DNA from: Gemmatimonadota bacterium
GTDB taxonomy: Bacteria > Latescibacterota > UBA2968 > UBA8231
NCBI GenBank assembly: GCA_038153405.1
Contig: JAYOYH010000047.1
Location: 1 to 35,451, forward strand
Length of the DNA: 35,451 nt
Reading direction: 5' to 3'
Shown here: positions 17,792 through 24,996 of the stretch, one piece after another
Position numbering within the stretch: the stretch's first letter is position 1
How the letters are laid out: every line of letters starts with the position of its first letter
The notes under the pieces: model-generated
Databases searched by the model: none
Seen by the model: only the letters and a program-made list of their open reading frames with translations
What the model was told of the DNA's origin: nothing
Program-made: the position numbers and the translations under genes

Positions 17792-18757
17792 TCAATGCCC
17801 TTGGCGAAGGTGGCGACGCAGCGCGTCTTCACCAAAATCGCGTTCGAGGTCGCGCCACACTGCATGGATGTGATTGGCGTCGTTTTGCGTGTTGTCGTAC
17901 TCGGCCAAGAAGATGGAACCCTGCACGCGATAGTAGTGCGGACCGCCTACCTCCTCGCTGCCCGCCCAGGCGAAATGCACCTTGCCCCAGTCGGCTAGGT
18001 CGATGCGCTGGAGCGCGTCCTGCGCGCACGCTTCGGGCAGGCGGCCAACATAGGTCTCGACGAGCGTGCGCAGCACATGGCGCTGGCTATCGCTCATATC
18101 GGCACCGGCCAACCCTTCCGGGCGCACTTCGTCGCCGACGTGCGGCACGTTGGTCGTCAGGATATCGCCTGGTGCCTCGGCCATAATAACGGCCCGCTCC
18201 CGCTGCGTTCCGTCCAACTCGTGCACCAGCTGGCGCCCAAGATCCTCTTCCTCCTTCAGCGCGCGCAGGCCTGCGCGCTCGCCGTGGCGCACCTGCGCCG
18301 GATTTGAACCGAAGAAGAGGGGCGTCGGTCCGGCGACTTCGCCGTCGACGATGGCATAATTGAGCGATATGTGGTGTCCCTCAAAGCGCCAGCCCCACGG
18401 CGCATCGCCACCGGGCTCGCCAAAAACGCTCAGATAGTATAGTTCGCGGTCGCGCGGAAATCGGCGTCCAACTCCTTCGACTTCGGCCAGCACGTCCTCC
18501 AGCGACATAATCGTGTGGACCTTTTCGTAGCCGCGCGCGCTGACGCCGGTGGCCACGAGCGCCTGCGCTAGCCCACGTTGGCGCTCATCCATCTCTTTGA
18601 TGGGCAGCCCCTGGCGATCGCGCGGCACGTAGTGCCAGTTTTTGCGCTCGCCTTCATTGGCAAAGTCCAGCTGTGCCTTGCCCTGCTGATCGGCGGCCAA
18701 CGCCTGTAAAAACGCACCGGCCGCATCGGCCATACGCTGCGCTACATCGCGGCTCAT
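17792..18757 (-). CDS. DUF3500 domain-containing protein
   Basis: WHYVP..RQGL, WGWRFEGHHISLN, PLFFGSNP, FAWAG......HYYRVQG...L.EYDNTQNDANHIHAVWRD...DFG. Start at 18757 after GGAG. Confidence 0.88.
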   Translation of the reverse strand: MSRDVAQRMADAAGAFLQALAADQQGKAQLDFANEGERKNWHYVPRDRQGLPIKEMDERQRGLAQALVATGVSARGYEKVHTIMSLEDVLAEVEGVGRRFPRDRELYYLSVFGEPGGDAPWGWRFEGHHISLNYAIVDGEVAGPTPLFFGSNPAQVRHGERAGLRALKEEEDLGRQLVHELDGTQRERAVIMAEAPGDILTTNVPHVGDEVRPEGLAGADMSDSQRHVLRTLVETYVGRLPEACAQDALQRIDLADWGKVHFAWAGSEEVGGPHYYRVQGSIFLAEYDNTQNDANHIHAVWRDLERDFGEDALRRHLRQGH

Positions 18758-18758
18758 A

Positions 18759-19517
18759 TCACTCCCTCCTCTTGGGCGCACGGCCCGCTAGGTCGTCGTG
18801 CAAATCAATGGTCGTGTACTCTTCGTGCGGCTGCGCCACGGCCACGCGCAGAAAGTCCAGCTCGTTCGGACCGGGGTTGTAGATGCCGTGCGCTTGGCCG
18901 ATGCCCTGCCAGGTCACTGAACCGGGTGCCACCGCAAACGTCTCGTCGTCTATCGTCATATAGCCGCGTCCGCGCAGCACGACAAAGCACTCTTCCAGCG
19001 CATCGTGGTAGTGGTAGCCAACGGAGCCTCCAGCGCCGAGTACGGCGTGGTCGAGAAAGGTCCAAGTGCTATAGAAATCTTCTGGGCGCAGCACGTGGCG
19101 CGTGGCTATGCGACCGCTGCCGCCGTGAATCGCATCGCGCCAGGTGAGCAATCCACCATCAAAAGCGCCCTCACTTATGCGCTGGGCATTTCCGTCAGCG
19201 TCGGTTGCCACTTCTACGTACAGAATGCGCGCGGCACCATTTCCAATATTTTTGAACACGTATCCGGCGCATAGCAAACCGACGATAAAGCCCGGCGCGA
19301 CGACGCGCCCCACCGCATCTGCGGCCGTCAGCTCTACTTGACCCTCGAGCACGAGGTAACCCCATTCGCCGCCCGCGGTCGCGCCGACGGCCCGTTCTTC
19401 TCCCGGGGCCAATACCGCATAGTCAAAGCGCTGCCAGGGCGTTTGGAACTGGATGCCGGGCAGCGCACTAACCGCTGCGTTTGCAGGGATGAGATCGGCC
19501 AACTGTACGTGCTTCAT
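18759..19517 (-). CDS. Cupin domain protein (two cupin-like repeats)
   Basis: C-terminal cupin with GYHYHDALEECFVVLRGRG and HGIYNPG; a degenerate N-terminal repeat (EWGYLVLEG...FKNIG). Start at 19517 after GGAG. Confidence 0.82.
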   Translation of the reverse strand: MKHVQLADLIPANAAVSALPGIQFQTPWQRFDYAVLAPGEERAVGATAGGEWGYLVLEGQVELTAADAVGRVVAPGFIVGLLCAGYVFKNIGNGAARILYVEVATDADGNAQRISEGAFDGGLLTWRDAIHGGSGRIATRHVLRPEDFYSTWTFLDHAVLGAGGSVGYHYHDALEECFVVLRGRGYMTIDDETFAVAPGSVTWQGIGQAHGIYNPGPNELDFLRVAVAQPHEEYTTIDLHDDLAGRAPKRRE

Positions 19518-19557
19518 GGATTGCTTTTCTCCCAGGGATTCTAAGCTAAATAGGAGT

Positions 19558-19635
19558 GCCCGTGCCGACAACTGCACGGGCGGTTAAACGATGCGTCCGC
19601 GCTGTCTTTGCACGGCTCAGGCGTCGCCGTATATT
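19558..19635. promoter_or_regulatory. Divergent control region: 8-bp inverted repeat and putative promoter
   Basis: GCCCGTGC-N8-GCACGGGC (19558-19581); TTGCAC-N16-TATATT (19608-19635) on the plus strand. Confidence 0.4.
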
Positions 19636-19663
19636 TGCGTCGCCCAACCATAGGAGGCGCGCC

Positions 19664-20476
19664 ATGCAGCTAACGCAGCAGCAAATCGACTTCTTCAACA
19701 CCTTTGGCTTTCTCCACTTTCCAGCGCTTTTTTCAGCCGACGAAGTCGCTTGGATCAGCGAGGAATTCGACTACTCCATCCAGCACTTTGGCAGCGGCGA
19801 CCAGCACGACGGCTCGCGCCGCACCATGTTCGGCGGCCCTATTGAGCACCGCCCGCGCCTGTGCGGCCTGCTCGATGATGCGCGCATCATCGGCCTGTGC
19901 GACGGCGTGCTCGGCGAGAGCTTTAATTACGCCAGCGGGGACGGCAACTACTACAGCGGCGATACCGGCTGGCATCCCGATGGCAATTGGAGCCAGTTAT
20001 TCGCCGTTAAAATCGCCTTCTACCTCGATCCGCTCACGCGCGACAGCGGCTGTTTGCGCGTCATACCCGGCAGCCATCACCCCGATCACTTTATCCGCGC
20101 GCAGAAGCTCGATCTCAACAAGTCGCGCGAGCTGTTTGGCGTCGAACCGCGCGATATACCGGGCAACCTAGCGCTGGAGACACAGCCGGGCGATCTGGTC
20201 ATCTTTAACCACGACCTCTACCACGCCTCGTTTGGTGGCTCGACGCGGCGGCGCATGTTCACCATGAACCTGACGCGCCCCTGCTCGACGCCAGAGGATA
20301 TCGAAACGCTGCGCCAGTACGTCAGCATTCACTCGCCCGGCGGCTACAAGGTCAACACCGGCGGCGGCATGTACTTTCCCACCATGCTCTCTACTGCCGG
20401 CCCCGAGCGCATGCAGCACCTGCGCCAGTGCGCCGATATGCACGACGCGCTCTTTCCGGAGTACGCCGTCCGATAG
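19664..20476 (+). CDS. Phytanoyl-CoA dioxygenase (PhyH) family Fe(II)/2OG oxygenase
   Basis: LT.QQIDFF.TFGF, WHPD, LDP....SGCLRVIPGSH, PGD..IF....YHAS....RR. AGGAGG RBS before the ATG at 19664. Confidence 0.9.
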   Translation: MQLTQQQIDFFNTFGFLHFPALFSADEVAWISEEFDYSIQHFGSGDQHDGSRRTMFGGPIEHRPRLCGLLDDARIIGLCDGVLGESFNYASGDGNYYSGDTGWHPDGNWSQLFAVKIAFYLDPLTRDSGCLRVIPGSHHPDHFIRAQKLDLNKSRELFGVEPRDIPGNLALETQPGDLVIFNHDLYHASFGGSTRRRMFTMNLTRPCSTPEDIETLRQYVSIHSPGGYKVNTGGGMYFPTMLSTAGPERMQHLRQCADMHDALFPEYAVR

Positions 20477-20784
20477 CGCATAGACCTAGGCCTTTCCGCG
20501 GTCGCCACGGCGTTAGACGCACCGATGCGCGTTATTGGCGCATTGGGGGGTGAAATCGCGCGCTGTATGCCATATATGCACTTGCCCGCTGTGCTCTCAT
20601 CTCTCGCTATATGGCCTAATACTGGGCTACGGCGTCTTTTTTGTCGCTGTGCGCCGGGCTGTGGAAAAAGTTGGAAGCATCTGAAGAATAGGCCGTCCAA
20701 TAGCACAAAATAACTCAAGGTTTTCCATTTTCGGTCGATCATAACACCACCTTCATCATATTCCTTATCTCTCTCCATCGCGGC

Positions 20785-20826
20785 GCGCCCTCTGTATGGC
20801 CATACAGGGGGCGCACTGTGTTTTTG
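20785..20826 (+). terminator. Strong hairpin, probable intrinsic terminator of an unannotated transcript
   Basis: GCGCCCTCTGTATGG/CCATACAGGGGGCGC, a 30-nt palindrome with one G-U pair, followed by ACTGTGTTTTTG. Confidence 0.55.
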
Positions 20827-20849
20827 CCCGCTTCTCCACCGCCCCCTGC

Positions 20850-20879
20850 TTGACACCCGGCCGCGCATTCTGCTAACTA
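20850..20879 (+). promoter_or_regulatory. Putative promoter for the PLP enzyme gene
   Basis: Perfect TTGACA, then TGC-TAACTA 18 nt later (imperfect -10). Confidence 0.4.
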
Positions 20880-20935
20880 ATCGCCCGTAAAACAGGTCTC
20901 AACCGACCCGATGCCAAACTCGATGAGGATGCGAG

Positions 20936-21964
20936 ATGATAGAGAGAGAAGCGCAGCTCACGGATGCCATAGCCCAGTTACCGCGCGTACCGCTAGCCTC
21001 GGTGCGCCCAACGCCGCTAGAACACCTGCCGCGCCTGAGCGCCCACCTCGGCGGCCCGCCCATATACATCAAGCGAGACGACCTAACGGGCTTAGCCATG
21101 GGCGGCAACAAGACGCGCATGTTCGAGTTCGCCCTGGCCGACGCCCTGCACAAGGGAGCCGATACCGTTGTCGCCGGGTCGGCCGTGCAGAGCAACTACT
21201 GTCGGCAGCTATCGGCCGCCTGCGCCAAACTCGGTCTAGAACTGCACCTCGTCCTGCGTCCGGTGCGCCCCGTCGACCGCATTGACCAACAGGGTAATAA
21301 CCTGTTGCAGCGCCTCCTCGGCGCGCACGTAACGGTTATTCGCGAGTACGACCACGCCTCGCAAAAAGAGGCCATACTGGCCAAAATTGCCGAGCAGGAG
21401 GCGCTGGGCAAAAACGTCTACTGGCCGCGCCAGGCCGATACTATAGACCTCGATGCCATCGCCTACGCCGAGTCGGCCCTGGAGGTGGTCCAGCAGTGTC
21501 GCGCGCTCGACATCGACCCGTCGCACTTCTATCTCTGCGCGCTCGACACGACGCAGGCCGGCGTCGGTCTCGGCCTATCCTTCCTGCAGAGCGCCATGCA
21601 CGTGCGCGGCATCTGCCCGATGAAAGACGTTCCGCAGCGCTGCGAAGAAATGGCGCAGATTGCCAACAGCGGTGCCCAGCGCTTAGGGCTGGACTTCGAA
21701 CTGCACGGCAGCGACTTCGACAACGACGACTCGTTTGTCGGCGAGCGCTACGGCATTCCCACGTGCGCCGGGCTCGACGCCCTGCGCACGGTGGCGCGCA
21801 CCGAGGGTATTTTGCTAGATCCCGTCTATACGAGCAAGGCTATGTCTGCGCTCTTTGAGCACATTCGAGAGGGACGGCTCGACGCGGATCGCCCGGTGGT
21901 CTTTTTGCACACCGGCGGCCATCCAGCGCTCTTTGCCTATGCGGCCGACGTGCTCGACAGCTGA
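20936..21964 (+). CDS. PLP-dependent enzyme, D-cysteine desulfhydrase / ACC deaminase family
   Basis: PTPLE.LPRLS, YIKRDDLTGLAMGGNKTR (PLP lysine), QSNYCRQ, GN.LL..LLGA, EGILLDPVYTSKA, FLHTGG.P.LF.Y. Confidence 0.92.
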   Translation: MIEREAQLTDAIAQLPRVPLASVRPTPLEHLPRLSAHLGGPPIYIKRDDLTGLAMGGNKTRMFEFALADALHKGADTVVAGSAVQSNYCRQLSAACAKLGLELHLVLRPVRPVDRIDQQGNNLLQRLLGAHVTVIREYDHASQKEAILAKIAEQEALGKNVYWPRQADTIDLDAIAYAESALEVVQQCRALDIDPSHFYLCALDTTQAGVGLGLSFLQSAMHVRGICPMKDVPQRCEEMAQIANSGAQRLGLDFELHGSDFDNDDSFVGERYGIPTCAGLDALRTVARTEGILLDPVYTSKAMSALFEHIREGRLDADRPVVFLHTGGHPALFAYAADVLDS

Positions 21965-22030
21965 TGCACAGCAGGCCACAGCGCCGCGTAGGCCACGCAC
22001 GATCATCTAAACACCACTGGGAGTCTATCT

Positions 22031-22777
22031 ATGAACGAGCTACAGCAATCTATAACGGAGGTCGATGTCTACGGTTTTACGCTGCTGGAAAACGTGCTCA
22101 GCAGCGAGGCGGCTGCCGATATGCGCGAAGTGCTGATTCGCTGCGAACGCGAAGTCGGCACCGAGCACGCCCACCGCGGTTCGGCGCGCCACGTGTCTAA
22201 CTTGCCCGTCCTCGACCCCATTTTCCACCAGTGCATCGACCATCCGCGCGTGCTGCCTATCCTCGAGCACTTTCTCGATCGATCGCTGATTCTCGGCAGC
22301 CTCAACTCGCGCATCGTGCGCCCAGGCGACGGCTATCAGGGCCTGCACAGCGACATTCCCGCTACCATGCTCAATATGGGCACACCCGTCATGATGAACA
22401 CCGTGTGGATGCTCGACGATTTTTCGCCGGAAATCGGCGGCACGCGCGTCGTGCCCGGTTCGCACCGCAGCGGACTGGTCGCACCGCCGGAAGGCTTTGA
22501 CGTCAAGCACGAGATCCAACCGACGGCCCCAGCCGGATCGGTGATCGTTTTCAACGGCCAGTGCTGGCACGGCGGCGGCGCCAATACCAGCGACCGCAGC
22601 CGCCACGCCCTCTTTGGTCACTACCGCAAGCACATGCTGCTCTTTCAGCTCGATCCACACGACGGCTTTCCGCCCGAGTGGTTTGACGGTCTGACCCAGC
22701 GACAAAAGGAGCTGATGCGCATGACGCACGGAAAGGGCCTGGGCGAAATGCACGCCGCCGACGCGCACTTCCGCTAA
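22031..22777 (+). CDS. PhyH family Fe(II)/2OG oxygenase
   Basis: GFTLLENVL, QGLHSD, WMLDDF....GGTRVVPGSH, AGSVIVFNG..WHGGGAN.S...R. Confidence 0.92.
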   Translation: MNELQQSITEVDVYGFTLLENVLSSEAAADMREVLIRCEREVGTEHAHRGSARHVSNLPVLDPIFHQCIDHPRVLPILEHFLDRSLILGSLNSRIVRPGDGYQGLHSDIPATMLNMGTPVMMNTVWMLDDFSPEIGGTRVVPGSHRSGLVAPPEGFDVKHEIQPTAPAGSVIVFNGQCWHGGGANTSDRSRHALFGHYRKHMLLFQLDPHDGFPPEWFDGLTQRQKELMRMTHGKGLGEMHAADAHFR

Positions 22778-22958
22778 GGGTATCTACGCCAGATGGAGTA
22801 GCGCCTAGTCGTGCTGCGCTCGCCTATCGGCGCACCCGATAGGGTCCTACTCGCGTGCCTATTTCCGTCTCGCGCAGCAGATAGTATTAGGAGCGGACGG
22901 GGCGCTTTATTACATTGCGGCCCTACGGTCTCGGCACTATCCGAGGAGGAGGCGCCCC

Positions 22959-24983
22959 ATGGGCAATGGAGCGAGAGTTGCATGGCTGCTAGCCGTGCTC
23001 TTTTCGGCTGGCAGTTCCACGGCGGATATCAGCTTCTGGCAGATGGGCGGCAATGCTGGTTTGTCATGGGCTGGCCTAGATACGGCCAGCGTGCTCGTCG
23101 ATACCAGCGCGCAGCGCACGGCCATTCGCCCTACCTACATCACCCCTGAGCGCAGCATCTTTTCCTTTCTCAGCAATTGGTCGGGCGACAAGCAACCACT
23201 GAGCCTCGACTACTTCGACGGACAGCGGCCGCGCGTATGGCGGCGCTGGGACGGCGATATTCGCAATGGATACCAAGGCGCGTTCTTGGTCGATGGCGAC
23301 TCCACCACCTACAACCCTCCCTCTTCTTCATACGGCACCTTGGAGTGGTACACCATTGACGTCGCCGTGCCAGTACCGGCTTTCCGCTTCGGCTTTTACA
23401 CCCCCTCACAGGGCTTTCGCTCCGATGGGCTACCGCTGCGCGACGATGCCGTGCCCGCCTATGAGATATCGATCTCAGCCGAAACGACCGATGCCGTGGC
23501 CCAGAGCAACCAGAACCAACCCGTCGGTCAGGTCATCGCCGCCGTCAGAGAAAATTTTTTCACCGCCGTTTCCATCGACTTTCCCAAGCAGTATGTGCGC
23601 TACGTGCGCTACCAGCGCAAACCGTCGACGCAAGATGCACAGACCTCGATCATAGAGCAGTTCGGCGTTGGCCAAGCGCCGCGCGGCTCGCTGGGCGACT
23701 TTGAGCTCTTTGGTGAGGGCATTCCGCAGCACGCCTTCTATCTCAGCAAAATCATCCATCTTGGTGAAGAGCTCAACTTCGGCCGACTCTTCTGGCAAAC
23801 GACGCCCATGCGGATGGTCGATGGCTCAGCCGTAGAGGACCCAACCGCCCAAGCCTCGCTGGAAGTCGAAGTGCGCACGGGGCGCGACGACGACCCCAAT
23901 ATCTACCACGAATTCACCGACAAGGGACGCGAAAGGGTCGTCACCCGCGAGCGCTTTGAAAAGGAGCTCAAACCGCCGGCCGTCAGCGGCGGTCAAACCC
24001 AGGAGGGCAGACCAGGCATCCGCGCCTCCATCCGCTACGACGTCGAGCATTGGACTTACTGGTCTTCCCCCATCGTCCAGTCTGGCCGCTCGCTCGGACT
24101 GGCCAGCGGCTCGTTCGTCCAGCTCAAAGTCAATTTTAATAGCGGCGACTTCGACTCCTTTGTGCGCCTCGATTCCCTGTGGATAGAGCGCGCCCCGCTC
24201 TTGGCGCGACGCATCATCGGCGAAGTCGCACGCCTTGACGAACCGCAGCCCGCGCGCGGGTTTACCGAGGTGGGGCTGGGCGAAGAAATTCCCTTCGCCT
24301 ACGATCTGAAAATTGACTTCAGCGGTATCGAATCGCGCGGCTTTGATGCCGTGCGCATCCACACGGGCCAGCGCGCGCGCTTTATTCGCCTAGAGATGGG
24401 CGAACCGCTGCAGCAGGTCGATCCTGCGGCAGCCTACGCACGGGATGGAGAACTCGAAGTGCACTTGCCACAGCGCGTAATGCCCGGTCAATCCGCGCCC
24501 GTGCGCATTGTCTTTGCCACCGAGATATTCACCTACGCCACGACCTTTGAAGGAGAAGTCTTTGACTCGCAGATCGAAACCCTGCCCCAGCCCATCGAAG
24601 GGGGAGACGCCAGCAACGCCTTGGGCACCAACAGCCTGCGCGTCTTCGGCGCCGGTCGCACGGCCGCGCTGCAGGACCTAGCGCTGTCGACGCCCGTCAT
24701 CACGCCCAACGGCGACGGCGCCAACGATGAGGTGAGCATATCCTACCAGCTCTTCCGCCTGCCCGAACCAGTGCCCGTCGCCCTGCGCGCCTTTGCTCTC
24801 GATGGGCGCCAGGTGGCTGCCCGCTCCTTTGCCATGCAGGATTCGGGCCCACAGCGCGTGCGCTGGGACGGCCGCGATGAGTACGGCGCACTGCTGCCGC
24901 CCGGTCTCTACTTGGTCGAAATCGTTTTGCAATCGCAAGAACCGGTTGCGCGCAAATTGCTCACACTGGGTATCGCCTACTAG
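22959..24983 (+). CDS. Secreted hypothetical protein with C-terminal TPNGDGxND / FlgD-Ig-like domain
   Basis: GGAGGAGG RBS, signal peptide, DGDSTT motif, RTG.DDDP, W.YWS, and the C-terminus ITPNGDGAND...WDGRDEYG..LPPGLY...GIAY. Confidence 0.8.
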   Translation: MGNGARVAWLLAVLFSAGSSTADISFWQMGGNAGLSWAGLDTASVLVDTSAQRTAIRPTYITPERSIFSFLSNWSGDKQPLSLDYFDGQRPRVWRRWDGDIRNGYQGAFLVDGDSTTYNPPSSSYGTLEWYTIDVAVPVPAFRFGFYTPSQGFRSDGLPLRDDAVPAYEISISAETTDAVAQSNQNQPVGQVIAAVRENFFTAVSIDFPKQYVRYVRYQRKPSTQDAQTSIIEQFGVGQAPRGSLGDFELFGEGIPQHAFYLSKIIHLGEELNFGRLFWQTTPMRMVDGSAVEDPTAQASLEVEVRTGRDDDPNIYHEFTDKGRERVVTRERFEKELKPPAVSGGQTQEGRPGIRASIRYDVEHWTYWSSPIVQSGRSLGLASGSFVQLKVNFNSGDFDSFVRLDSLWIERAPLLARRIIGEVARLDEPQPARGFTEVGLGEEIPFAYDLKIDFSGIESRGFDAVRIHTGQRARFIRLEMGEPLQQVDPAAAYARDGELEVHLPQRVMPGQSAPVRIVFATEIFTYATTFEGEVFDSQIETLPQPIEGGDASNALGTNSLRVFGAGRTAALQDLALSTPVITPNGDGANDEVSISYQLFRLPEPVPVALRAFALDGRQVAARSFAMQDSGPQRVRWDGRDEYGALLPPGLYLVEIVLQSQEPVARKLLTLGIAY

Positions 24984-24996
24984 GAGGAGTGGAAAC

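Noticed and set aside
20660..20668. DnaA-box-like TGTGGAAAA
   Set aside because: Single copy, with no box cluster or origin-associated genes nearby.
20344..20868. 174-aa minus-strand ORF (and 62-aa plus-strand ORF 20525-20713) in the large intergenic gap
   Set aside because: No recognisable motif; the long ORF overlaps the PhyH 3' end and runs through the hairpin. A short peptide cannot be fully excluded.
22040..22768. 242-aa antisense ORF almost exactly overlapping the PhyH gene
   Set aside because: This is a typical shadow ORF from GC-rich codon bias, with no motifs. The same applies to 3968-4666, 9085-10059 and 23826-24362.
24793..24996. N-terminal extension of the 861-aa ORF
   Set aside because: It overlaps the upstream gene. 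The GTG at 24997 has an AGGAGG RBS and gives a proper signal peptide.
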